Shown: positions 17,960-27,524 of the stretch, piece after piece | How positions within the stretch are numbered: the stretch's first letter is position 1 | Layout of the letters: the number at the start of each line of letters is the position of its first letter | Source of the DNA: a virus | Reading direction: 5' to 3' (one strand) | Virus record (IMG/VR): IMGVR_UViG_3300017917_003143 | Coordinates: 2,095 to 66,094 of that record | DNA: 64,000 nucleotides | Made by a program: the position numbers and the translations under genes | The notes under the pieces: generated by a model | The model's input: the letters and a program-made list of their open reading frames with translations, nothing else | Database searches by the model: none | What the model was told of the DNA's origin: nothing

Positions 17960-18866
17960 TTGGACCAATTGCGAGGATTGGTTTCAAGAATGCCAACTCG
18001 ACCCTGACAAACACGAGCTTTGGTTGGGTGACAATCCGCCAAATGCGAAAAAAGGAAAACGTGTGTTCTGGGTCAGCCACGAGACTCGCGGCATGGCCAA
18101 CAAAGACAGATGCAAAGATCAGGACTTGATAATTTTTGATTCTGGTGTCGATGACAGTGGCATAGTGAATCCTTACATGTTACACTGGCATCTTTCTGCT
18201 GATGCCAACGCTGTTTACAAATTCACAGACCGCATAAAATATCAAGACTCCGGGTTGGTGTTTGATGCTTTGCTGGGTACCAGAAGACCGCACCGAGACT
18301 TTGTCTGGCAATGGTTTGAAAATGATACTGAGTTAAAAACCGCAGGATACATCACATATCATCGGGTGGCTGGAAACAAACAGGATTTCCATGTGGACCA
18401 GGATGTAGATCTGTCAGCGTTCAAGCGCAGTTCATCGACTGTAGAATATCAAGGAGAGTCTGTGGGTTACTGTTCTATGATACCCACAGAAATTTACAGC
18501 AAGACTTATGTCAGTCTTGTGGCAGAAACATATAAACCAGTCAATGATTGGTCATTTTTTACTGAAAAGATCAGCAAGCCCATGTTGGCGAGACGACCTT
18601 TTGTAGTGATATCCAATAGACATTATCTACGCAGACTGAGATCCATGGGTTTCAAAACCTTTGATAGCATCATTGACGAAAGTTATGATGAGCTACAAGA
18701 TGACACAGCACGATGGTCTGCGGCAATGACACAATTAAAAAAGATAGTCGAGATGCCCAGAGATCATTTGTTAGAACTATCCTCTGATATATTAGATCAC
18801 AATCGGCAGTTGATGAATCAACCTTGGATGAGGATTTTTAAAAATAAATTAAAGGAGTTGCGATGA
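17952..18866 (+). CDS. hypothetical protein, paralog of 50916..52007 (glycosyltransferase-like?)
   Basis: Shares the C-terminal block RPFVVISNRHYLRRLRSMGFKTFDSIIDESYDE with the other paralog's FILFAPPGSLQYLKDYGFKTFDHCWDESYDHE. Confidence 0.55.
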   Translation: MVDWTNCEDWFQECQLDPDKHELWLGDNPPNAKKGKRVFWVSHETRGMANKDRCKDQDLIIFDSGVDDSGIVNPYMLHWHLSADANAVYKFTDRIKYQDSGLVFDALLGTRRPHRDFVWQWFENDTELKTAGYITYHRVAGNKQDFHVDQDVDLSAFKRSSSTVEYQGESVGYCSMIPTEIYSKTYVSLVAETYKPVNDWSFFTEKISKPMLARRPFVVISNRHYLRRLRSMGFKTFDSIIDESYDELQDDTARWSAAMTQLKKIVEMPRDHLLELSSDILDHNRQLMNQPWMRIFKNKLKELR

Positions 18867-19192
18867 TCAATATAACTGAACAAGCGGCTTGCAAAGTCAA
18901 AGAAAATCTATCACGTAGAGGACACGGCGTGGGCATCAAGATAGGAGTCAAAACCACTGGATGCTCAGGCCTGGCCTATACGTTAGAGTATGTAGATGTC
19001 GAGCAAGGAAAAGAGCACTGCATGGCACACTATGATGTCAATGGTGTGCGCATCTATGTAGATCCCAAACATCGCCCTTATCTTGAAGGCATGACCATGG
19101 ATTGGATACGCCAAGGCCTCAACGAAGGTTTTGATTTTATTAACCCCAATGAAAAAGACCGCTGTGGATGCGGGGAAAGTTTCCGTGTATAA
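18863..19192 (+). CDS. iscA: Fe-S cluster insertion protein IscA/ErpA (HesB family)
   Basis: KIGVKTTGCSGLAY and C-terminal CGCGESF cysteine motifs. 109 aa. Confidence 0.85.
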   Translation: MINITEQAACKVKENLSRRGHGVGIKIGVKTTGCSGLAYTLEYVDVEQGKEHCMAHYDVNGVRIYVDPKHRPYLEGMTMDWIRQGLNEGFDFINPNEKDRCGCGESFRV

Positions 19193-19898
19193 CCCAAAAT
19201 TTGATTACCAACCCTTGAGCCGTACCAGCGAAGATGGACGACGATTGTATCTTACTCCCGACGGAAAAAAGCTACCCAGTGTTACGACTATTTTAGACAA
19301 GACCAAGCCCGAAGAAAAGAAAGCCGCGCTCAATGCCTGGAGAAACCGTGTGGGTCATGCACAAGCACAGGCCATAACCACTGAAGCGGCTAATCGTGGC
19401 ACCCGTATGCACACTTATCTTGAGCACTATGTCAAAACAGGTGAACTCAAAGAACGCGGGTCCAACCCATATTCTTGGGCCAGCCATGTCATGGCAGAAA
19501 CAGTGATCAGCCAGGGATTGAAAAACGTCACGGAATTCTGGGGTGTGGAGATACCCTTGTACTTTCCTAAATTATACGCAGGAACCACTGACGGTGCGGG
19601 CATACATTTAAATGACGAAAGTATCCTGGACTACAAGCAGACCAACAAACCCAAGCGCGAAGAGTGGATCGAAGACTATAAACTACAGCTCGTGGCCTAT
19701 GCCCTGGCACACAACGAAGTCTACGGTACAAAAATACGCAAAGGTGTGGTGCTGATGTGCGTCAAGCCCGAAGTTGATGCCATGGGAAATCCTATTACAG
19801 ACCCACAATATCAAGAATTTGTGTTAAAAGAAGCAGATTTTGACTACTGGGAACAGCAGTGGTGGAAGCGTCTTGAGCTGTATTACTTGACCAGCTAA
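19185..19898 (+). CDS. PD-(D/E)XK nuclease (RecB/Cas4-like fold)
   Basis: GTTDGAGIH, ILDYK and QLVAY (QxxxY) motif order typical of RecB-family nucleases. GTG start assumed. Confidence 0.5.
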   Translation: MYNPKFDYQPLSRTSEDGRRLYLTPDGKKLPSVTTILDKTKPEEKKAALNAWRNRVGHAQAQAITTEAANRGTRMHTYLEHYVKTGELKERGSNPYSWASHVMAETVISQGLKNVTEFWGVEIPLYFPKLYAGTTDGAGIHLNDESILDYKQTNKPKREEWIEDYKLQLVAYALAHNEVYGTKIRKGVVLMCVKPEVDAMGNPITDPQYQEFVLKEADFDYWEQQWWKRLELYYLTS

Positions 19899-19918
19899 AT
19901 ATAGCATCGGAGACAAGA

Positions 19919-21544
19919 ATGGCAATAGTACAGATATCACGCATCACCCAGCGCAAAGGACTCAGCGAAAACTTACCGCAATTAGCAGGCGCAGAGTTTG
20001 GGTGGGTCATAGACGAACGCAGATTGTTCATCGGTAATGGTACCTTACAAGAAGGTGCTCCTGCCATTGGCAACACTGAAATTTTAACAGAATATTCTGA
20101 TATCTTTGCCATCGCTGGGCTTTATACCTACAAGGGCGAAGCTGGCGGATACACAGTACAAACAGGCCCTACATCTGGCGATCCAGTCAGACGCACACTA
20201 CAAAGTGTACTGGACGAAATGGCGTCAGTTAAGGATTTTGGTGCCACGGGCGACGGTGAAACTGACGACACAGATGCTATCAATCGTGCCTTGTTCCAGA
20301 TGTTCTGTAGAGAAGCCAATCCACAGGTACGTCGTAGCTTGTTTTTCCCGGCCGGTGTGTACCGCGTCACAGACAGCATCAAGATTCCTCCCTATTGCAA
20401 AATTTATGGCGAAGGTCAGGACAGCTCTGTGATCTTCCTCAATGCGGCCACAGATTCTACCTTTGGTCCTTATGTGGCTCGTACAGCAGATAGCTTACAG
20501 CAGACAGGTGTCAACATTGGTAACAATGGTGCGGCACGTCCACAGAATATTGAAATCTATGACATGGGTTTCCAGAGCGATGAACAGATCGACTTATTCT
20601 TGGTCGAAGACGCAGAACAAGTCACATTCTATGACTGCGGATTTATTGGACCCTTTAGCCAGACGTACATCACTAACAACCCTGGCCTGGTCACCACAGC
20701 TGACATAGCTTGTGTTCGTTTTGACAGCACTGTGAGTTTAATAACTAACAACGTAGTGTTTGATAGCTGTCATTTTTCAGGCATGAGTTATGCCTTTGAT
20801 GCCGACGAACAGATACAAGGTATTACCGTACAGAATTCAAAATTTGATACATTGTATCAAGGTATCCTGTTGGGAACCAACACACCTATCAATGGTGGTC
20901 CAGTGGGTTTCCGTGTGATGCATAATCTCTTTGACAGCATCAGTCAAGAAGGTATCATCATAGGTGCTGTGGAAAACAACATGACTGGTTACAACATGTT
21001 CTTGGATGTGGCCACAGATTTCCAAGGCGGTAACTTTACACCCACTGCTCCTATCATTGACATACAGAACGATAACAATGTGTCCATAGGCGACATGTTT
21101 GAACGTGACGAAACATTCAACGCTATCGAGCCTCGCATCAAGATCAACAACAAAAAAGTCTTTGCGCTTGACAAAGGCGAACGCTATAAATTTGGTACCT
21201 ACACACAAAACGCTGGTGCCCAAGTTTATTTAGATCTTACCAACACTCCGGCAACAGTGATAACTATAAACACATCACAAGCACAGGCCTTTACCATGCA
21301 GTACAGATTTAGAGATGATTTAAACTTAACTACCAGAGTTGGAACATTACAGGTAGTCGCACAAGATGGCGACGACTCATCGGGTACATTAACTTACACC
21401 GATGACTACAGTGAAAACAATCCAACTGACCTGGTCCTCAGCGTGGTACAGAGCGGCTCGAACATGAATATCCAATATGTCTTGCCAACAGCCAGTGGTG
21501 CCTCCGGCGGTACTTTAAAATACTCAATCAGCTATCTGGGATAA
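19919..21544 (+). CDS. tailspike/depolymerase with pectate-lyase-like beta-helix
   Basis: VKDFGATGDGETDDTDAINRAL is the hallmark N-terminal motif of the pectate lyase superfamily fold used by phage tailspikes. Confidence 0.65.
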   Translation: MAIVQISRITQRKGLSENLPQLAGAEFGWVIDERRLFIGNGTLQEGAPAIGNTEILTEYSDIFAIAGLYTYKGEAGGYTVQTGPTSGDPVRRTLQSVLDEMASVKDFGATGDGETDDTDAINRALFQMFCREANPQVRRSLFFPAGVYRVTDSIKIPPYCKIYGEGQDSSVIFLNAATDSTFGPYVARTADSLQQTGVNIGNNGAARPQNIEIYDMGFQSDEQIDLFLVEDAEQVTFYDCGFIGPFSQTYITNNPGLVTTADIACVRFDSTVSLITNNVVFDSCHFSGMSYAFDADEQIQGITVQNSKFDTLYQGILLGTNTPINGGPVGFRVMHNLFDSISQEGIIIGAVENNMTGYNMFLDVATDFQGGNFTPTAPIIDIQNDNNVSIGDMFERDETFNAIEPRIKINNKKVFALDKGERYKFGTYTQNAGAQVYLDLTNTPATVITINTSQAQAFTMQYRFRDDLNLTTRVGTLQVVAQDGDDSSGTLTYTDDYSENNPTDLVLSVVQSGSNMNIQYVLPTASGASGGTLKYSISYLG

Positions 21545-21546
21545 CT

Positions 21547-21978
21547 GTGTGGCCTGACCGGTATGATGACCGGTTATCCCAGTGGTATCAGTTACGACAG
21601 GATAACCAAAACAACGATTTAGAAACAGCACTGTTGGCTGTCAATGATTGGTGGCAACGTGCTCCTGTGGTCAATCACTATCTCCATTGGGATGATTTGG
21701 AAACTTGGCCCGATCCCTGGGATCTTTTGGCTGATAATCACTATTGCAATCTTGCAAAAGCTCTGGGCATAGTGTATACTTTACACATGATTGGCCGAAG
21801 TGACATAACCACCATGGCAATAGCCGACAATGGCGATTCCGTGGACAATTTAGTCCTGGTCAATGAGGGAAAATATATACTGAATTGGGCTCCTGGCGAA
21901 CTGTTAAATATCACATCCAAACAAGTAAGCATCAAGAGAAGCGTAGATTCACAAGCGGTAACGAAAAAAATTAACTGA
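21547..21978 (+). CDS. hypothetical protein
   Basis: 143 aa Trp-rich ORF directly after the tailspike gene. Confidence 0.45.
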   Translation: MWPDRYDDRLSQWYQLRQDNQNNDLETALLAVNDWWQRAPVVNHYLHWDDLETWPDPWDLLADNHYCNLAKALGIVYTLHMIGRSDITTMAIADNGDSVDNLVLVNEGKYILNWAPGELLNITSKQVSIKRSVDSQAVTKKIN

Positions 21979-21985
21979 GGTAGCG

Positions 21986-24301
21986 ATGACACAGATACAA
22001 ATCACAAAAAGAGACGGACGCCGAGAGCCGCTGGATTTAGAAAAATTACACAAAGTAGTATTTTGGGCCACAGAAGGAATTACTGGGGTTTCAGCAAGTC
22101 AAGTAGAAATAAAATCACACATACAGTTTTACAACGGAATACAAACAGCCGATATCCAAGAAACACTGATCAAGTCAGCGGCTGATCTTATCACAGAAGA
22201 AACACCTAACTATCAATACGTTGCAGGGCGATTGATTTGTTATCATCTGCGTAAACAAGTTTATGGACAATTCCAGCCATGGCACATCCTTGACTTGGTC
22301 AAGAAAAACGTTGCCGCTGGGTTCTATGATTCAGAATTGCTAAAAGCATACAGCGACGACGAGTGGGAACGTATCAACAGTTTCATTCGCCACGATCGCG
22401 ATGAACAATTGACTTATGCGGCCATGGAACAGTTCCGTGGCAAGTATCTTGTACAGAACCGTGTGACAAAAGAAATCTATGAAACACCTCAGATGGCCTA
22501 TGCTTTGATCGCGGCCACGCTGTTCCAGCACTATCCACGAGACAGTCGCATGATGTGGGTGCGTGATTACTATGATGCTATCAGTCAACATCAAGTGAGT
22601 TTGCCTACTCCTGTCATGGCCGGTGTGCGTACACCCATGCGACAGTTTTCGAGCTGTGTGTTGATCGAGACCGGCGATAGTCTTGATAGTATCAACGCAA
22701 CGTCAAGCTCTATCGTAAAGTATGTGAGTCAAAAGGCTGGCATTGGTATCGGTGGCGGACGTATCCGCGCCTTGGGATCACCTATCCGTAACGGTGATGC
22801 GTACCATACCGGTGTTATTCCTTTTTACAAAATGTTTCAGGCGGCTACCCGCTCGTGTAGCCAAGGTGGTGTGCGCAATGGAGCCGCTACTCTTTATTAC
22901 CCTATCTGGCATTACGAAGTCGAAGATCTTTTAGTTCTCAAGAACAACAAAGGCACTGAAGACAATCGTGTGCGTCACATGGACTATGGTGTACAATTCA
23001 ATAAAGTCATGTATGAGCGACTGCTTGGCGGTGGCGACATTACCTTGTTCTCGCCACACGACGTGCCAGAGATGTACGAAGCTTTCTTCACTGATGTAGA
23101 TCGTTTCCGTGAACTGTATGAAACAGCCGAACGAAATACCAAACTCCGTAAGAAGAAGGTCAAGGCCATCGACCTGTTCACCGCATTCATGCAAGAGCGC
23201 AAAGATACCGGTCGTGTGTATCTACAAAACGTTGATCACGCCAACACTCATGGTAGTTTCAAACCGGACTTGGCGCCTGTTAAAATGAGCAACCTCTGCT
23301 GTGAAATCACACTACCTACCAAGCCTCTAGATGACATCCATGATGTCGATGGAGAAATCGCACTCTGCACGTTGAGTGCTATCAACTGGGGTGTGTTCCG
23401 TGATCCTGAGGACATGGAAAAAGCCTGTACCTTGGCAGTGCGTGGACTTGATGCGCTGTTGAGTTATCAAAACTATCCTATTATTGCGGCACAGTTGGCC
23501 ACTGAAGCACGTCGCCCATTGGGTGTTGGCATCATCAACTTTGCTTACTGGTTGGCCAAGAACGACTTGAGTTACAGTGATCCAGCCGCATTACCAGTGG
23601 TAGATCGTTGGGCACAGTACTGGTCATATTACTTGATCAAAGCATCAGCAGACCTTGCACGTGAATTTGGTGCATGCCCCAAGAGCAACGAAACCAAGTA
23701 CGGTGATGGCATCTTGCCTGTGGATACCTACAAGCGTGAAGTTGACGAACTCGTGCCTCATCAAGATGCAGTGGATTGGGCCGGTCTAAGAGAGCAGTTG
23801 AAACAGACTGGTATCCGTAACTCCACACTCATGGCCCTGATGCCAGCTGAGACATCAGCGCAGATTTCAAACTCTACCAATGGTGTTGAACCTCCACGTA
23901 GCTATGTGTCAATCAAACAAAGCAAGGATGGTGTTCTCAAGCAAGTAGTTCCTGAATACCGTAGATTAAAAAACAAATATGAATTGCTATGGGATCAAAA
24001 GAGTCCTGAAGGTTATCTCAAGATCATGGCCATTCTGCAGAAGTATATTGATCAGGGTATATCCGTAAATACCTCATATAACCCACAGTTCTTTGAGGAT
24101 GAGAAGATACCAATGAGCGAGATGCTGAAGCACATGATCATGTTCTACAAGTACGGTGGCAAACAACTCTATTATTTTAATACCTACGATGGTTCGGGCG
24201 AGATAGATGTTGATCGCATGAACAACAAAGAAATAATTATTGAATCAGTAGATACCAGTTTAGCCGCAGATGATGCCGACTGCGACAGTTGCAAAATATA
24301 A
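21986..24301 (+). CDS. nrdA: ribonucleotide reductase class Ia alpha subunit
   Basis: 771 aa. N-terminal ATP-cone (VIKRDGRREPLDLEK). Catalytic NLCCEI and C-terminal Cys pair. Confidence 0.95.
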   Translation: MTQIQITKRDGRREPLDLEKLHKVVFWATEGITGVSASQVEIKSHIQFYNGIQTADIQETLIKSAADLITEETPNYQYVAGRLICYHLRKQVYGQFQPWHILDLVKKNVAAGFYDSELLKAYSDDEWERINSFIRHDRDEQLTYAAMEQFRGKYLVQNRVTKEIYETPQMAYALIAATLFQHYPRDSRMMWVRDYYDAISQHQVSLPTPVMAGVRTPMRQFSSCVLIETGDSLDSINATSSSIVKYVSQKAGIGIGGGRIRALGSPIRNGDAYHTGVIPFYKMFQAATRSCSQGGVRNGAATLYYPIWHYEVEDLLVLKNNKGTEDNRVRHMDYGVQFNKVMYERLLGGGDITLFSPHDVPEMYEAFFTDVDRFRELYETAERNTKLRKKKVKAIDLFTAFMQERKDTGRVYLQNVDHANTHGSFKPDLAPVKMSNLCCEITLPTKPLDDIHDVDGEIALCTLSAINWGVFRDPEDMEKACTLAVRGLDALLSYQNYPIIAAQLATEARRPLGVGIINFAYWLAKNDLSYSDPAALPVVDRWAQYWSYYLIKASADLAREFGACPKSNETKYGDGILPVDTYKREVDELVPHQDAVDWAGLREQLKQTGIRNSTLMALMPAETSAQISNSTNGVEPPRSYVSIKQSKDGVLKQVVPEYRRLKNKYELLWDQKSPEGYLKIMAILQKYIDQGISVNTSYNPQFFEDEKIPMSEMLKHMIMFYKYGGKQLYYFNTYDGSGEIDVDRMNNKEIIIESVDTSLAADDADCDSCKI

Positions 24302-25437
24302 CCGAGAAAAACATGAGCGTATTAAATTTAAACAAGCGTGATCACACCACCAGCTTGGCTTTCCTTGATCCACAAGGTAGCCTGGGCATGCAGAGATACG
24401 ATACACTCAAGTATCGTCAATTTGACAAACTCACCGACAAGCAGTTGGGATTCTTTTGGCGTCCAGAAGAAGTTGATGTACTCCGTGATGCCAAGGACTT
24501 CAAAGATCTCACACCCTTTGAACAGCATATTTTTACAGCCAACCTCAAGCGCCAGATCCTATTGGATTCTGTGCAAGGTCGCTCGCCAAACCTGGCTTTC
24601 TTGCCTATCGTCACACTGCCTGAACTTGAAACTTGGATAGAAACTTGGGCTTTCTCAGAGACCATCCACTCACGTTCATACACTCACATCATCCGTAACG
24701 TGTATTCAGATCCTGGGCGTGTGTTTGAAGAGATGCTCGAAATCGATGACATCATCGCCTGCGGCAACGACATTTCTAAATACTATGACGACTTGATTCG
24801 GTACAGCCAGTGGTATCTGTTGCTGGGTGCTGGCGAGCATGAATGTAATGGCACCAAGTTTGAAGTATCCGAATACGAGCTCAAGAAGAAACTATGGCTG
24901 TGCCTTAACTCTGTCAACGTGTTGGAAGGTATTCGTTTCTATGTGAGCTTTGCTTGCTCATGGGCCTTTGCTGAACTCAAGAAGATGGAAGGCAATGCCA
25001 AGATCATCAAATTGATCGCACGTGACGAAAATGTGCATCTCGGATTCACACAAAGCCTGCTAAAGATTCTACCACAAGACGACCCAGATTTTGCCAAGAT
25101 CCGCAAAGAGACCGAAGCCGAAGTCGTTGCTATGTTTGAGGACGCAGTCAAACAAGAAGAAGCCTGGGCCGATTACTTGTTCAAAGATGGATCTATGATT
25201 GGTCTCAACAAACAATTACTCTGTGACTATGTAGAATGGATTGCCCACAAGCGCATGACTGCACTTGGACTACCAAATCATTATCGTGGTGGTTCTAACC
25301 CATTGCCCTGGACACAAAAATGGATTGCAGGCGGCGATGTTCAAGTGGCCCCACAGGAAACTGAGATAACTAGTTATGTTATCGGCGGCACTAAACAAGA
25401 CGTCGACTCTAATACATTTACAGGAATGAGTTTATAA
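24289..25437 (+). CDS. nrdB: ribonucleotide reductase class Ia beta subunit
   Basis: 382 aa with di-iron ligand helices. Tyrosyl radical region. Adjacent to nrdA. Confidence 0.9.
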   Translation: MQNITEKNMSVLNLNKRDHTTSLAFLDPQGSLGMQRYDTLKYRQFDKLTDKQLGFFWRPEEVDVLRDAKDFKDLTPFEQHIFTANLKRQILLDSVQGRSPNLAFLPIVTLPELETWIETWAFSETIHSRSYTHIIRNVYSDPGRVFEEMLEIDDIIACGNDISKYYDDLIRYSQWYLLLGAGEHECNGTKFEVSEYELKKKLWLCLNSVNVLEGIRFYVSFACSWAFAELKKMEGNAKIIKLIARDENVHLGFTQSLLKILPQDDPDFAKIRKETEAEVVAMFEDAVKQEEAWADYLFKDGSMIGLNKQLLCDYVEWIAHKRMTALGLPNHYRGGSNPLPWTQKWIAGGDVQVAPQETEITSYVIGGTKQDVDSNTFTGMSL

Positions 25438-26649
25438 ATGAAAAAACGGAACTACACACAAGAGGATGTAAAGAAGTTACAAGGTAGTTTAAAGATTGAA
25501 TACACACTGGCAAAACGAGGCGCAACAAAATTGCGTGAATTGCTAGCCACAGAACCATTTGTTCCTACACTAGGAGCATACAATGGACAGCAGGCAGTAC
25601 AACATGCCAAAGCTGGACTTAAAGCAATCTATCTATCAGGTTGGCAAGTGGCCGCTGCCGCAAATACCAGTGGTCGTGTTTATCCAGACCAATCACTATA
25701 CCCAGTTGACTCAGTGCCTAGTGTTGTTAAAGAAATCAACAACGCACTTCGCCGTGCTGATCAAATCCAAACACTAGAAGGAGTCGGTACAACAGACTAC
25801 TACTTGCCTATCATCGCAGACTGTGAAGCAGGCTTTGGTGGAGCACTAAACGCATACGAACTAACACTGAGCTGTATCGAAGCAGGTGCGGCCGCTGTTC
25901 ACTTTGAAGATCAATTGAGTTCAGAAAAGAAATGCGGACACCTGGGTGGTAAAGTATTGATTCCAACCAAACAGGCTATTCGTAACTTAAATGCCGCACG
26001 ACTGGCCGCTGATGTTGCAGAAGTAGACACAGTTATTCTTGCTCGCACAGACGCAGAGTCAGGCACATTGATTACCAGTGACATTGATCCTGTGGATCAA
26101 CCATTTGTTGACTACACAAAAGAACGTACTGAAGAAGGCTTCTATCACTTTAAGAATGGTCTAGGTGCTTGTATTGCTCGTGGTCTTGCTTATGCTGAAT
26201 ACGCAGACTTGTTATGGTTTGAAACATCAACTCCTGACCTGGCACAAGCTCAAGCATTCGCTGATGCTATCCATGAAAAGTTTCCAAATCAACAGTTGGC
26301 CTACAACTGCTCACCTAGCTTCAACTGGCGCAAGTATTTGACAGAAGAACAATGTGAGAGCTTCCAAGCAGAGATTGGTCGGATGGGCTATGCTTATCAG
26401 TTCATTACACTTGCTGGCTTCCACTGCAACAACTTGGCTACTTTTGAAATGGCAGAAGCCTATCAAAAGACAGGCATGCGTGGCTATTCAGAAATGCAAC
26501 AACGTGAGTTCGCCGCACAAGAGCGTGGCTTTACCACAGTTAAGCATCAGCGTGAAGCAGGCGTTCCATACTTTGATGCTATCGCTACAGCAGTTGGCGC
26601 AACATCAACAACAGCATTGGCACACTCAACAGAAGCGGATCAGTTTTAA
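25438..26649 (+). CDS. aceA: isocitrate lyase
   Basis: ICL signature KKCGHLGGK within a 403 aa ICL/PEP-mutase-fold protein. N-terminus typical of ICL. Confidence 0.8.
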   Translation: MKKRNYTQEDVKKLQGSLKIEYTLAKRGATKLRELLATEPFVPTLGAYNGQQAVQHAKAGLKAIYLSGWQVAAAANTSGRVYPDQSLYPVDSVPSVVKEINNALRRADQIQTLEGVGTTDYYLPIIADCEAGFGGALNAYELTLSCIEAGAAAVHFEDQLSSEKKCGHLGGKVLIPTKQAIRNLNAARLAADVAEVDTVILARTDAESGTLITSDIDPVDQPFVDYTKERTEEGFYHFKNGLGACIARGLAYAEYADLLWFETSTPDLAQAQAFADAIHEKFPNQQLAYNCSPSFNWRKYLTEEQCESFQAEIGRMGYAYQFITLAGFHCNNLATFEMAEAYQKTGMRGYSEMQQREFAAQERGFTTVKHQREAGVPYFDAIATAVGATSTTALAHSTEADQF

Positions 26650-26658
26650 GGAAAATAT

Positions 26659-26928
26659 ATGTTAACCGTTTATTCAAAAAAACATTGCCCATTTTGTGAT
26701 CAAGCCAAGGCCCTGTTAAAAAATAAAAACATTGCTTTTGAAGAAGTTAAAATCGATGAAGATAACACAGCACGTGAGTTTATCATGGAGCAAGGGCACC
26801 GTACAGTTCCACAGATCTATCACAACGGCAAATTATTTGTAGAAGGTGGTTTCCAAGGTTTAAGTAAGCTGAGCACAGACGAAATACGCACTCGTTTGGG
26901 CCTTACTGAAAATCTAGGAACCTTATGA
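26659..26928 (+). CDS. glutaredoxin/NrdH-like redoxin
   Basis: CPFC active site at the N-terminus. 89 aa. Located with nrdAB. Confidence 0.85.
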   Translation: MLTVYSKKHCPFCDQAKALLKNKNIAFEEVKIDEDNTAREFIMEQGHRTVPQIYHNGKLFVEGGFQGLSKLSTDEIRTRLGLTENLGTL

Positions 26929-27233
26929 ATCATTTTTTACAACTCAACGAAATTTACACTTTCAAAATGGTCAGCGGTGAGGAAATCACCGCTAAAGTAT
27001 TCAATAAAACTTCGGACTCAATAGAAGTTACCCAACCCATCAGCATGGTACTGGGTCCACAAGGGCTACAAATGATGCCCAGTTTGTTCTCTGCAAATCA
27101 GGACAAAAATGTCCATATAAATACTGCTACAATAGCCATGGCCGCGGAAACACGAGAAGATGTAAGAGCCAAATATTTAGAGGCCACTACAGGAATCGTG
27201 ACTCCTCCAGCCAAGCAAATTATAACAGGATAA
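26925..27233 (+). CDS. hypothetical protein
   Basis: 102 aa ORF with ATGA overlap with the redoxin gene. Confidence 0.45.
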   Translation: MNHFLQLNEIYTFKMVSGEEITAKVFNKTSDSIEVTQPISMVLGPQGLQMMPSLFSANQDKNVHINTATIAMAAETREDVRAKYLEATTGIVTPPAKQIITG

Positions 27234-27237
27234 ATTT

Positions 27238-27522
27238 ATGCCACCAGCAGTACGAATCGGAGATCCAAACATAGCAGGAGGACTCGCAGTCTTTCCTGGT
27301 GCGATGAGTGTTCTTATCAATGGCCGTCCGGCCTGTACTACAGGCACCATCGTCACGCCACACCCACCTTGCCCAAAAAGCAAAATACACTGTGTGGCCG
27401 CGACTACCATTGGTAGTTTGTCAGTCCTGGCCGAAGGAAAACCCATTAACTATGTTGGTAGTCCAGACACTTGTTTTCACCCTAGAGCCTTTGGCAGCCT
27501 TGATGTCATAGTAGGAAGCTGA
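27238..27522 (+). CDS. PAAR-repeat spike-tip protein (gp5.4-like)
   Basis: RIGDP...INGRPACTTGT...HPPC...C blocks match PAAR-domain conical tip proteins. 94 aa. Confidence 0.75.
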   Translation: MPPAVRIGDPNIAGGLAVFPGAMSVLINGRPACTTGTIVTPHPPCPKSKIHCVAATTIGSLSVLAEGKPINYVGSPDTCFHPRAFGSLDVIVGS

Positions 27523-27524
27523 CC

